Source: Alphaproteobacteria bacterium (GTDB lineage: Bacteria > Pseudomonadota > Alphaproteobacteria > GCA-2731375). Taken from it: a DNA stretch of 64,000 bases. Position 1 is the stretch's first letter. Each line of letters opens with the position of its first letter. Of this stretch, positions 43,595 through 53,348 are shown piece by piece. Where the stretch lies: the NCBI GenBank assembly GCA_965225945.1, contig CBDDBZ010000024.1, positions 32,001-96,000 of the forward strand, given 5' to 3'. The notes under the pieces are model-generated. The model made no database searches and was not told where the DNA came from. It was given only the letters and a program-made list of their open reading frames with translations. The translations under genes and the position numbers were made by a program.

Positions 43595-44491
43595 ATGGAT
43601 GGTCCCCGCCTCTGGGACCGGCGGGTGCGGGCCGAGGCCCTGCGAGGCTATCCCCTCGAAGACGTCGTCCGCCGCCTCGGCTACCGCCGCGATCCCACCG
43701 ATGCCGCGCGCTGGAGGCGTCCCGGATCCGTCGTCAGCATCAACGGCTTTATGTTCTACGAACATCTGCGCGGCGAGGGCGGGGGCGGAGCGATCGACCT
43801 GGTAATCCATGCCTGCCGGTGCACCGTGCCCGAGGCCCTCGGCTTCTTCTCGAAACTGCCGTGCCGTGACCGGTTCCCGGCCGATCGCCACCCGAAGCCG
43901 CCGTGCCCGGACCGCCACTGGCCCGCCATCCAGAGCTACCTCGTCGAGCAGCGCGGCCTCGCGGATGTGCTCGTCGCCCTGTGCCGCGACCTCGGCTTGC
44001 TCTACGCCGACCGCCACGGCAACGCCGTGTTCGTCCGCCGAAACGCGGCCGGCGAGGCTCTCGGCGCCGAGAGCGTCCCTGCCGCGGCGCCACGCCGCCT
44101 CGCGCCGACCGGCGCCGCCGCGCGCGGCGGCTTCTGGATGTCGTGGGAACCCGACTGGCCGAACTCCGTCATCCTCGCCAAGAACGCAATCGACGCCCTG
44201 TCGGTCCTCTCCCTCCACCTCGTCCCGGCCGGGCGCAAGGGATGCGCCGTGGTCTCAACCGGCGGCGCCACCGCAAGCCTCCCCGAATGGATCGAGGCCT
44301 GGAACCCCGGCCGGATCTTCTGCGCCTACGACGCCACCCGCCAGGGCGATGACGCCGCGGCACGGCTCATCCGAAACGACAGCAGGGTCGTCCGCCTGCG
44401 CCCTGCCCTCGACGGCCTGGACTGGAACGACATGCTCATGCGCGACCGCGCCGGCGAACCGCTCCAGATCGATGACCGGCCCCTCGACTGA
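43595..44491 (+). CDS. DUF3991/Toprim primase-like passenger with degenerate acidic motifs
   Basis: GGGAIDLV, YLVEQRGL, ADRHGNAVF, AKNAIDALS, CAYDAT and DWNDML motifs. Confidence 0.75.
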   Translation: MDGPRLWDRRVRAEALRGYPLEDVVRRLGYRRDPTDAARWRRPGSVVSINGFMFYEHLRGEGGGGAIDLVIHACRCTVPEALGFFSKLPCRDRFPADRHPKPPCPDRHWPAIQSYLVEQRGLADVLVALCRDLGLLYADRHGNAVFVRRNAAGEALGAESVPAAAPRRLAPTGAAARGGFWMSWEPDWPNSVILAKNAIDALSVLSLHLVPAGRKGCAVVSTGGATASLPEWIEAWNPGRIFCAYDATRQGDDAAARLIRNDSRVVRLRPALDGLDWNDMLMRDRAGEPLQIDDRPLD

Positions 44492-45223
44492 ATAGCCACA
44501 GCGCGAAACAAAATCAGCCAAGCCCAAAAGCATCCCGTCAGCCAACCGCCACCGACCGCTCAAAAAGAGCACCATATAAGCGCACCCTGGAACCACCGCT
44601 AACAGGCTCAGGTTGGCTGAACTCACCACCCGTTCCATCAGGTCTTGCGTCAAGGCTCGTTGCTGTTCCAACGCCGTGACCGCTTGTGGCTCCTCGCAGG
44701 GTCCAGTTCCGGTTCCGCCGTCACCGGAGGCCTCGGGGCGCAGCGTCTTCATCAGGGCCTCGTCAAAAAGGTCCAGTTGATAAACACCGCCTTGCCGCCG
44801 CTCCACGCTCATCGAGTTGATCCAGACTGCTCCTTGCTACTCGGATTCGGCCCTTCGGCGCCTCTCGGCCCCTACTATGGCCTCGGCTGACTTCTCCACC
44901 GCCATCGCTCCCCGTCGCCGGTTCGCTACTCGGATCGCCCGAGAGCGCTGGAGATCTCCCTGGGTAAGACGCTGATCTTTCCTCCGGTCGCGGCCGGATT
45001 TACCAATGCGACGTCCGAACGACTATCGGGCCTCGCCATCCATTGCTGGCTTACCCCATCGCACCGGCCTGATATCCGGTTTCTGTTCGTCCGCTCCAGA
45101 TTTTGCCTCCCGCTTCCTCCCCACCCCGCCTCGCGGCGACGCAGTTGCCTTCAGCTATCGGTTCCGGTCGTTACGGCCCGTAGAGAACTTCCATCTCCTA
45201 GATCAGCGCCATGCCAGGCACAC

Positions 45224-45257
45224 AAAAAAGAGCCGGGGGCCAGAGGCACCCCGGCTC
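45224..45257 (-). terminator. Rho-independent terminator of dctP; IIC intron insertion site
   Basis: GAGCCGGGG...CCCCGGCTC hairpin followed by TTTTTT on the minus strand. Confidence 0.88.
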
Positions 45258-45279
45258 GAATAAAGTGCTTCGATCGGGA

Positions 45280-46341
45280 TCAGTCGACGTAAGCCAAGTC
45301 ACCCCAAACCTTCCAGTCGGCGCGAAACTTGCTGTAGGAATCCCAGACCATGGCGAAGTCCTTGTCGTTCTTGTACTCTTCCGCGGCCAGTTCCTCCCAG
45401 GCCGCCCGCAACCGCCCGAGCGCTTTGTCGGACCAGCGATGCACCTTCACGCCCTTCGCCTGCATCCGTTTGATGGCCGGGAACTGGAACGCCTCGGACT
45501 CGGCGAGCGAGATGTAGTTGTTCAACTTGCAGGCCGCCTTAACTATCAGCTTGTGGTGGTCCGAAAGACCGTCCCAGGTCGGGCGATAGAACTCGATCGC
45601 CTGCAAGCTCGCCGGCTGGTGCCAGCCCGGGAAGTAATAGTGCTTGGCGATCTGATAGAAGCCGAAGTGCTCGTCCATCACCGGCATGGAGAACTCCGTG
45701 GCGTCGATCACGCCGCGCTCCAGGGCCGGATAGATGTCGCCGCCCGCCAAAAACTGCGGCGACACGCCGAACTTCGTCAGCACCTTGCCGCCATAGCCGA
45801 AGAAGCGGATCTTCATCCCATTGAGCTCGTCCAGGGTCTTGATCTCCTTCTTGAACCAGCCCGCCGTCTCCGGCGCCAGGGTCGCACAGGGCGTTATCGC
45901 CTTGAGGTTATGGCGTTTGTAGAGTTTGTCGAGCAGCTCCTGGCCGCCGCCGAACTCGAACCATGCATAGTACTCAGCGGCCCTTGGACCGAACGGCATC
46001 GAGGCGAAGAACGCCAGCGCCGGCAGCTTGCCGACGTGAATGCCGGGCGAGCCGAAGGCCACCTTTACCGAGCCGTTGGTGAGCGAGTCCCAGTAGTTGT
46101 AGGCGGGCACCAGCGCGCCGGGCTCGAAATGCTGCAGAACGAGCGTGCCCTGCGACAGCTCGGTCGTCCAATCGGCGATGCGTTTGGCGCTCTCGCCGAG
46201 GATCACCATCGATCCCGGCCAAGCCGCGTGCATCTTGAGCTTCACCTTCTTCTGCGCCCCGGCCGAAGTGGCGATCACACCCGTCATGGCGACCGCGACC
46301 GCGATCCCCAATGGTATTTTGAGCAAACGTGACAGGGTCAT
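45280..46341 (-). CDS. dctP: TRAP substrate-binding protein
   Basis: Signal peptide; GWFKKEI, IYPALERGVIDATEF and YYFPGWHQP motifs. Confidence 0.92.
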   Translation of the reverse strand: MTLSRLLKIPLGIAVAVAMTGVIATSAGAQKKVKLKMHAAWPGSMVILGESAKRIADWTTELSQGTLVLQHFEPGALVPAYNYWDSLTNGSVKVAFGSPGIHVGKLPALAFFASMPFGPRAAEYYAWFEFGGGQELLDKLYKRHNLKAITPCATLAPETAGWFKKEIKTLDELNGMKIRFFGYGGKVLTKFGVSPQFLAGGDIYPALERGVIDATEFSMPVMDEHFGFYQIAKHYYFPGWHQPASLQAIEFYRPTWDGLSDHHKLIVKAACKLNNYISLAESEAFQFPAIKRMQAKGVKVHRWSDKALGRLRAAWEELAAEEYKNDKDFAMVWDSYSKFRADWKVWGDLAYVD

Positions 46342-46445
46342 TTCTCCCCTCCCTCCCAATATAGGTCGAACTTTCAGGCTGACGAAAGCTCTGCTCGCGT
46401 CATCCAAAACAACGCTGCGAAGCAGGTATCGGTTGCAAAAATTTT

Positions 46446-47464
46446 GGCTCAATTCGTGAATTGTATGCATTAGTGATAGAGTGCCTGGAACGTCAGGAGG
46501 TTGGGTTATGGACGGCAAGGGTTTCCAGGTGTGGCTTTCGGCGGCGCGCGGGCTGACGCGCGCGCAGCGGCGCGAGGCGCTCGCGGTGCTGTCGGGCCGG
46601 AGCGAGGGCGAGGCATCGAAGGCCGCGATCGAGCTTGGTGTGGACGAGGCCCGGCGCTGTCCGCACTGCGCGAGCGAAGGGGCGGTTTCGCGCGGTATGG
46701 CGCGGGGTCTGCGGCGCTACCAGTGCAAGGGCTGCGGCAGGACCTTCAACGCGCTGAGCGGTACGCCGCTGTCGGGCTTGCACCACAAGGAACGCTGGCT
46801 GTCGTTCGGGGCGTCGCTGGCGAAGGGGGAGACGGTGAAGGCGTCGGCGGCGCGCTGCGACGTGGCGGTGAGCACGGCGTTCCGCTGGCGTCACCGGTTT
46901 CTGGCGGCGGCGCGGAGCGATTCGGAGGTGCTCAAGGGGATCGTGGAAGCGGACGAGACCTACGTCCTGGAGAGCCGGAAGGGCGCGCGCGGGCTGGGGC
47001 GCAAGGCACGGCGGCGGGGCGGCAAGGCGAAGAAGCGCGGCCTCTCGCGCGAGCAGGTACCGGTTCTCATGGCGGCGGACCAGAGCGGAACGACGGTCAG
47101 CGCGGTGCTGCCCAGGGTCGATGCGGCGGCGCTCACGGCTGCCCTCGACCCGGTGGTCGCGAAGGACGCCCTGCTGGTCTCCGACGGCGGCGCGAGCTAC
47201 CCACCGTGCGCCGCCGCGCTCGGGGTGAGCCACGAAGCACTCAACCGCTCGATGAACGTTCGGGGCGATCTGCATGTGCAGACGGTGAACAGCCGCCACA
47301 GCCGGTTGAAGGACTTCCTGCGTCCCCGCCGCGGCATCGCCACCCGCTATCTGGACAACTACCTGAGCTGGTTCCACCTCGTCGGCCTCGCCCCCGGCGC
47401 CAATGACCGAGCCTGCCTCGCCGCCGCCGTAACAAGGTGACGCATACAATTCACGAATTGAGCC
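46446..47464 (+). mobile_element. IS1595-family IS, second type (1019 bp); transposase 46508-47440
   Basis: 23-bp TIR GGCTCAATTCGTGAATTGTATGC; 8-bp TSD aaaatttt; CPHC/CKGC, VEADET, VSDG and GIATRYLDNYLSW motifs. Confidence 0.93.
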
Positions 47465-47632
47465 AAAATTTTTCGCAGCGACGCCCATAGCAAAGTCGAT
47501 GAATTCCCCGGAGTCAAGCCCGCCTCTCCGAGCGCCCAAAGGGGACCAAAGCAAAAGCGGTAGCCATGGAGATTGCGGTGGGCCGCGGAAATCGGCGAGC
47601 GAATTCCGGATCGACCGGCCGGTGGAATGAAT

Positions 47633-48067
47633 TCAGCCCTCGACCTGCCGCTTGAGGCCCCGGTTCATCAAATGGAACGCCTCGGTCATGAGCTCGTGGT
47701 CGTCGTTGTATTTCTCTTCGGCCAGCGTCCCAGTGAATATCTCCCGGTGGATGAAGGTAGCTCCGCCATCCGACGCCGGTTCGATCTCGAATATGTGCTC
47801 GCCCTGCAGTTCCGAGCGGTTTTCGCCGCCCTTCCACGAGAGACGCTCGTTTGGCCGGACGATGTCGAGATCGGCGTCGAACTCCGCGTCCGTCCCATCC
47901 GGCATCTTCACGTTTACATGGAGCACCCGGCCCACCACGGGCGCGCCTTCGATACGCACGATGTAGGGGTTCCAGTCCCCCCAGCCGGCGACGTCCGAAA
48001 GCACGGCCCAGACCGCCTCCGGCGGGGCGGCGATCTGGATGGCGGTCCTGATCTCGTTGGCGGACAT
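47633..48067 (-). CDS. SRPBCC/polyketide cyclase-like protein
   Basis: IAAPPEAVWAVL...WNP, HREIFTG and MNRGLK motifs. Confidence 0.85.
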   Translation of the reverse strand: MSANEIRTAIQIAAPPEAVWAVLSDVAGWGDWNPYIVRIEGAPVVGRVLHVNVKMPDGTDAEFDADLDIVRPNERLSWKGGENRSELQGEHIFEIEPASDGGATFIHREIFTGTLAEEKYNDDHELMTEAFHLMNRGLKRQVEG

Positions 48068-48155
48068 TTCCACGACTCCCTCTCCCCGCAGCACTATCGG
48101 CACCTAACAGGCAGTTGAACCGACATCCCCCCAGTGACTGTCGGTTCCGACCATC

Positions 48156-48184
48156 AAAGTAGCCATTCGGGCCCTCGATGGCAA
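48156..48184 (-). promoter_or_regulatory. Promoter-like module, copy B
   Basis: TTGCCA-N17-TACTTT upstream of the SRPBCC gene. Confidence 0.55.
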
Positions 48185-48197
48185 TTCCGAGGCCGAT

Positions 48198-48275
48198 GAG
48201 CAGCTTGAAGACCATGGCGAGCGCCGTCTTGCGGCCGAGGCAGCCCTTGGTCTTTTCGGTCCTGAGTCGCAGCGT
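48198..48275 (-). pseudogene. IS256-like transposase C-terminal remnant
   Basis: TLRLRTEKTKGCLGRKTALAMVFKLL. Confidence 0.6.
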
Positions 48276-48332
48276 GGGAAAAGGCGCAGCGTGGGAAAAG
48301 ATCGCGGTAGGGACATGAGTTACCCCACGCCC

Positions 48333-48986
48333 TTCGCCGTAGGGACGCGGGTTACCCCGCGCCCCCGGCACAAAACCCGGCGTGCGGAACTACCGCACCG
48401 GGCTTCCACCTCGGATGTTTGACGGCAAAGCAACTTGCCGTACACGCTCCAGCCCCTGGGTCACGCTTACCCGGCTCGGTGTCCGGTACGTATCGGGTTG
48501 AACCATGTTCTCCTCGGCGCCTCCCCTTGGCTCCACCAACTCCGCCGTCGATTGTTCGACTTTGTTCGCCGGCTTCACGGCTACTATGGGAGGCTCAGAC
48601 TTCTGGCGGCCGTTCATCGCCGGCGACGCCCCCTTGGGGCTTCCCAGCACGACCCGAGCCCACCAAGCGGTCTCGGGTAGCCACCAGATCTCCCGGTTCC
48701 CTGACAAAGTGCGTATGCGCATGCCTGGGGTCTTGGACCACGCCGGGCCGGCAAACCGCTCGCGCTAACGCGGTGCGCCATGTTGTCTTCCCCATAACGG
48801 GAGAGGGTCGACACCCGGGACGACAGCTGTTTCACGGCTCGATATCCCAGCCTACGCACACCCCTACCGACGCTTCGCCGACACCCTCGCGGATGCCAAC
48901 GCACGGCTCGGAGGCCGATGTGGTTCGCTACTCCTTCATCGCAGAGGACTTGCACCTCCAACACCTTGCCGGTTTTTCCGGCGCAC
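48333..48986 (-). mobile_element. ORF-less group II intron Z (654 nt), nested in DVI of X
   Basis: GTGCGCCGG 5' end; RT deleted between ...QGLERVRQ and ...VKHPR; DV AAGCCCGGTGCG...CGCCGGGTTT; DVI ending CCCTACGGCGAA. Confidence 0.88.
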
Positions 48987-48992
48987 CCCGCA

Positions 48993-50911
48993 GTTACGGT
49001 AGGAATGCGCATTGCTGCGCACCCCCCGCGCAGATCCGGACGTGGTCGTTGAACCATCCGGCTCCTACCTCGGGTGCTTGACGGCAAACCGCTGGTCCGG
49101 CCATGGGTGGCGGATGGAGGCGCGTGGCCACAGGATTTCGGTCATGCGCTCCAGTCGCTTCCAACTAAATCGGGCTCGCTGGGACCGGCGGCGTAGCGCC
49201 CGCATCCACCGGCGTTGCAGCCTGCGGAGGAACGCACGGATGAACCGGCCTGACCCTGGGACGGCAAAGTAGTTGAGCCAGCCATTGCAGACTCGCCCCA
49301 GCCACCTACCAACTTCCCAGATGTCGTGGTGCCAGCGCTTGCGGAGCACCTCGTCGATGCGCGCCAGGGTCCTGTTGACCCGTTTGGCGACCGGTTTGCG
49401 ACCAAGCCGAAAGCGTCCTCTCAGGGTCGTCGTGCAATAGTGCGTGAGGCCCAGAAAGTCGAAAGTCTCCGGCTTGCCCACCCCGCGCTGGCGCCGGTTC
49501 AAATCCGCGAACCGGCCAAACTCCACGAGGCGGGTCTTGTCCTGGTGGAGGCTGAGACCGAACCGGGCCAGCCTCTCCCGAACGTCGCGGAGGTACCGCT
49601 CCGCATCCCGCTTGTGTTGGAACCCGACAACGATATCGTCAGCGTAACGGACGATGATCGCTTCGCCATCCGGGACGTTCGGGCGCCATTTCTTGTGGAA
49701 CCACAAGTCGAGCACGTAATGCAGGAACACGTTCGCCAAGACGGGGGAGACTATTGCCCCCTGCGGCGTGCCCATACCCGTATCTGCCCATGACCCACTC
49801 TCTATGACGCCGGCGTTCAGCCATTTCCGGATCAGACGGATGACCCGCCTGTCTCCGATGCGGTGCTCTAGGAACGTGATCAACCAATCCCGCGGGATCG
49901 TGTCGAAGTACGCCCGGAGGTCTGCATCGACTATCCAGCTGACCTTGCGCCGTTCTATCCCGAAGGCCAGGGCATCGAGCGCATCGTGCGCCCCCCGCCC
50001 CGGTCGGAACCCGTAGCTGAAGCCAAGAAACACCACCTCGTAGATCGGTGTCAGGATCACATCCACAACCGCCTTCTGGACGACCTTGTCCTCCAGCGCC
50101 GCGATCCCGAGCGGTCGTGTCCCCCCGTCCGGCTTGGGTATCTCTACCCGCCGAACCGGCGGCGCCCGGTACGCTCCCCCTCTGTGCAGGCGCCGGTGCA
50201 GGTCGAGCAGGCGCTCATCCAGACCCTCGCCGTACATGTCCCACGTAACGCCGTCGACACCGGCTGCTGCGTCCTTCTTCAATGCGAAGTAGGCCGCACC
50301 GAGCGCGTCCGGCGTAATGTGGTGGAAGAGCGCAGTGAGACGTTCCTTCGGGTTTCTCTCTGCAGCTTTCCGTATCCGGGCCGCCGCCTGTGGCACGCTT
50401 ACCCGACACTGTGTTCGGCGCGTGCTTTGGCAATCCGGATTCCCCTTGGTTGAGGCCCTTTCCTCCGGCGACTCCGCAGAAGCTCGCGCTCCCTTGTTCG
50501 CCGCCCTCACAGGTCGTACGGCCTCATCCGACTTCTTCAAACCGTTCATCATAGGCTTCGGTTTTCTCCATTCCCTACGCGGCCCCTTTACGACAACCGG
50601 GGCAGTTTGAAGACCTCCCAGGGTCCCAACAGAAGGCGTGCGAACGTGCATGGGTTCTCTGACACCGCGGGGCTCGCCGACATCTCACCAAAACGACGCC
50701 TGCGATATTGCCTTCGACCGATCTGAAAGCCTCGGCACCCCGGACCATCGCTTTTACGGTGCTCAATAGCCCTGCCCATCCATGCCGCTACCGACGCTTC
50801 GCCTGCCCCCTCACGGGAGCCAACGCACGGCTCGCGGAGAAACGTGGTTCGGTTACTCCTTCGTTCCGGGGGACTTGCACCCCCTACCTTCTGCCAGTTC
50901 GCCTGGCGCAC
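48993..50911 (-). mobile_element. Complete group II intron Y (1919 nt), nested right after DV of X
   Basis: GTGCGCCAGG 5' end; DV GAGCCGGATG...GTCCGGATCT; 3' end CCTACCGTAAC; EBS1 CAGATC (50720-50725) is complementary to IBS1 GATCTG (50912-50917). Confidence 0.92.
49065..50651 (-). CDS. ltrA: Intact group II intron RT/maturase without an endonuclease domain (start uncertain)
   Basis: LTALFHHI, IPKPDGGTRPLGI, SYGFRPGR, GTPQG, RYADD, FDFLG and RRRSQ motifs. Confidence 0.93.
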   Translation of the reverse strand: MHVRTPSVGTLGGLQTAPVVVKGPRREWRKPKPMMNGLKKSDEAVRPVRAANKGARASAESPEERASTKGNPDCQSTRRTQCRVSVPQAAARIRKAAERNPKERLTALFHHITPDALGAAYFALKKDAAAGVDGVTWDMYGEGLDERLLDLHRRLHRGGAYRAPPVRRVEIPKPDGGTRPLGIAALEDKVVQKAVVDVILTPIYEVVFLGFSYGFRPGRGAHDALDALAFGIERRKVSWIVDADLRAYFDTIPRDWLITFLEHRIGDRRVIRLIRKWLNAGVIESGSWADTGMGTPQGAIVSPVLANVFLHYVLDLWFHKKWRPNVPDGEAIIVRYADDIVVGFQHKRDAERYLRDVRERLARFGLSLHQDKTRLVEFGRFADLNRRQRGVGKPETFDFLGLTHYCTTTLRGRFRLGRKPVAKRVNRTLARIDEVLRKRWHHDIWEVGRWLGRVCNGWLNYFAVPGSGRFIRAFLRRLQRRWMRALRRRSQRARFSWKRLERMTEILWPRASIRHPWPDQRFAVKHPR

Positions 50912-51214
50912 CAGATCCCGGCGTGCACTGCTAATGCACCGGGCTCCTGCCTCGGGTATTTGACGTAGAAGCGTTTCGACGGCCAGGGATGGAGGATCGT
51001 CACTGGCGGAAGCCAGCGCTCGACCAGCTTGGCAAAGACCTTCCAGGTCGTGCGGTCGTTCTGGCTGCGGCGCCGGAGCGCTTTCAGCCATAGAACGAAA
51101 CCGCTTTCAGCGGTAGTTCGTGGTGCCGGGCGGTGAGGTCGGTGGCGTAACGGATGGGTCGATCCTGTGTTGAGGTTTGGAGTTCCGAAGCTCACGCAAC
51201 ACGGGAGCAGACCC

Positions 51215-52120
51215 ATGACCGATAGTGACAAGACCATCAGCCCGCTGCGCCAGCGCATGATCGACGACATGGTGCTTCGCGGCTTCAGTGCCAACACGCA
51301 GCGCGGCTACATCAGTGCGGTGGCCGGCTTTTCCGACTTTCTCGCACGCTCTCCGGATCGGGCGGAGGCGGAGGATCTCAGGCGCTATCAAGTGCATATG
51401 CGCAAAGCAGGCGCATCGGCGACGACGATGAACGCGGCGGTCTCGGCATTGCGGTTCTTCTTCGGCGTCACGCTCGGCCGAGGCGACGCCGAGATCGGCA
51501 TGACGACGGTGGCAATGCCGCGCAAGCTGCCGGTGATCCTGAGCGTCGAGGAAATGGCGCGGCTTCTCGATGCCGCCCCCGGTCCCAAATACAAGGCGGC
51601 CTTTTCGCTGGCCTATGGCGCCGGCCTGCGCGCTTCGGAGGTGGTCCATCTCAAGGTCCCGGACATCGACAGCAACCGCAAGACGCTTCGCATCGAGCAA
51701 GGTAAGGGCCGCCGAGATCGCTACGCCATGCTCTCGGATCGCGCCGTCGAGCAGCTCAGGGTCTGGTGGTTGCTTGGCCGCGCCCGCGGCGTGATGCTGC
51801 CCGGCGGTTGGCTGTTTCCAGGCCAGAACCCGGTCAACCCGTTGACCACCCGCCAGCTCCGTCGCGCCCTCGATGGCGCCAAGGCGGGGGCGGGGATCGA
51901 GAAGCGGATCTCGCTTCACACGCTGCGCCACTGCTTCGCCACCCATCTCCTCGAACAGGGCGTCGACATCCGCGTGATCCAGGTTCTACTGGGGCACAAG
52001 AAGCTGGAGACCACGGCTCACTACACCCAGGTCGCCAGCACCACCTTGCGGCGCGCCAAGAGCCCACTGGACCTGCTCGAGCCGCCGACGCCCAAGACCA
52101 AGCGCAAGCCGCCGAAGTGA
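51215..52120 (+). CDS. Tyrosine recombinase/integrase
   Basis: YGAGLRASE, GKG, HTLRHCFATHLLE and LLGH...TTAHY motifs. Confidence 0.93.
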   Translation: MTDSDKTISPLRQRMIDDMVLRGFSANTQRGYISAVAGFSDFLARSPDRAEAEDLRRYQVHMRKAGASATTMNAAVSALRFFFGVTLGRGDAEIGMTTVAMPRKLPVILSVEEMARLLDAAPGPKYKAAFSLAYGAGLRASEVVHLKVPDIDSNRKTLRIEQGKGRRDRYAMLSDRAVEQLRVWWLLGRARGVMLPGGWLFPGQNPVNPLTTRQLRRALDGAKAGAGIEKRISLHTLRHCFATHLLEQGVDIRVIQVLLGHKKLETTAHYTQVASTTLRRAKSPLDLLEPPTPKTKRKPPK

Positions 52121-52133
52121 GCCGGCGGCCTCG

Positions 52134-53348
52134 GTGCCGCGTCCCGCGCTCGAGGTCCAGGACATCTTCCGCGACCACGGGCCCGGCTTCCGTCGGGCCC
52201 GGGCCGGTCGTCTGAGCCTCGGCCAACTGAAGGTCATGTCGGCGATCGAGTGTTGCCGCACCGCCGCGCTCGGCGGTCATGTCGCGGCCTGCGAGGACTG
52301 CGGGCAGAACCACATCGCCTACAATTCCTGTCGCAACCGCCATTGTCCCAAATGCCAAGGCCAGGTCGCGCGCGAATGGCTGGCGGCGCGAGAGGCCGAA
52401 CTGCTCTCCGTCCCCTACTACCATCTCGTCTTCACCCTGCCAGCGGCGATCGCCGACATCGCCTATCAGAACAAGTCGGTGATCTACGATATCCTGTTCA
52501 AGGCGAGCGCCGAGACCATGCTCACCATCGCCGCCGATCCCAAGCATCTCGGCGCCAAGATCGGCATCACCGCCGTGCTCCACACCTGGGGCTCGGCCAT
52601 GACCCACCATCCCCACATCCACATGATCGTGCCGGGTGGCGGAATCTCACCTGACGGTAGCAGTTGGATCTCTTGCCGGCCCGGCTTCTTCCTGCCCGTC
52701 CGCGTGCTCTCGCGCCTCTTCCGCCGCCTCTTCATCGAGAAGCTCCTCGCCGCCCACGAGGCAGGGCGCCTGAAGTTCTTCACCGACCACACCAGCCTCG
52801 CCGAGCCGGCGGCCTTCCGTGTCTTCCTCGCACCGATGCGCAAACAAGAATGGGTCGTCTACGCCAAGCCGCCCTTCGGCGGACCAGAGGCCGTGCTCGC
52901 CTATCTCTCCCGCTACACCCACCGTGTCGCCATCTCGAACAGCCGCCTGGTCAGCTGCGACAGCCAAGGCGTCATCTTCAAGTACAAGGACTACCGGCGC
53001 AAAGGACGCGAGCGCTACAAGACCTTGCCCCTGGCCGTGCCCGAGTTCATCCGCCGCTTCCTCCTCCATGTCCTGCCCTCGGGCTTTCACCGCATCCGCC
53101 ATTACGGCCTCTTCGCCAACGGCGGTCGCACCCGCAACATCTCCCTTGCCCGCGAACTGCTTGCCATGCCGGCACCGGAGAGTGAGGCCGACGATGCCGC
53201 GAGTGACGATGATACCGAACCGCCGTCCCTCTCAGAGCCCTGCCCGCAGTGCGGCGGCCGTATGATCGTCATCGAGCGCTTCGAGGCCGGCGCCCAACCA
53301 CGCGCCCCGCCCCGTGCACGGCCCCTGGCCAGGGCCACGGCAGCATGA
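52134..53348 (+). CDS. IS91-family HUH transposase with a Zn-binding domain
   Basis: SCRNRHCPKCQ, HTWG...HPHIH, YLSRY and RIRHYG motifs. Confidence 0.93.
   Translation: MPRPALEVQDIFRDHGPGFRRARAGRLSLGQLKVMSAIECCRTAALGGHVAACEDCGQNHIAYNSCRNRHCPKCQGQVAREWLAAREAELLSVPYYHLVFTLPAAIADIAYQNKSVIYDILFKASAETMLTIAADPKHLGAKIGITAVLHTWGSAMTHHPHIHMIVPGGGISPDGSSWISCRPGFFLPVRVLSRLFRRLFIEKLLAAHEAGRLKFFTDHTSLAEPAAFRVFLAPMRKQEWVVYAKPPFGGPEAVLAYLSRYTHRVAISNSRLVSCDSQGVIFKYKDYRRKGRERYKTLPLAVPEFIRRFLLHVLPSGFHRIRHYGLFANGGRTRNISLARELLAMPAPESEADDAASDDDTEPPSLSEPCPQCGGRMIVIERFEAGAQPRAPPRARPLARATAA

Larger units (their letters stand above)
40464..44604 (+). mobile_element. IS21-family element with two extra genes (4141 bp)
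   Basis: TG...CA ends with imperfect IRs (shared gcgctta.atggtg); 6-bp TSD ggctca at 40458-40463 and 44605-44610. Confidence 0.9.
38463..44812 (-). pseudogene. ltrA: IIC intron RT/maturase in three pieces (44605-44812, 39747-40463, 38463-38991)
   Basis: ANLS|QAYRRVKANKGSAGVDG, IPKPGGGMRQLGIP, GTPQGGPLSPLL, RYADD and GRLH|LQIN across the TSDs. Confidence 0.9.
38408..45223 (-). mobile_element. Group IIC intron, RT split by two insertions
   Basis: 5' GTGTGCCTGGCATGGCG directly after a terminator T-tract; short IIC-type DV AACCGCCGTGGTACG...CCGGTGGTGTG; DVI ending CCTACCCGAT. Confidence 0.9.
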
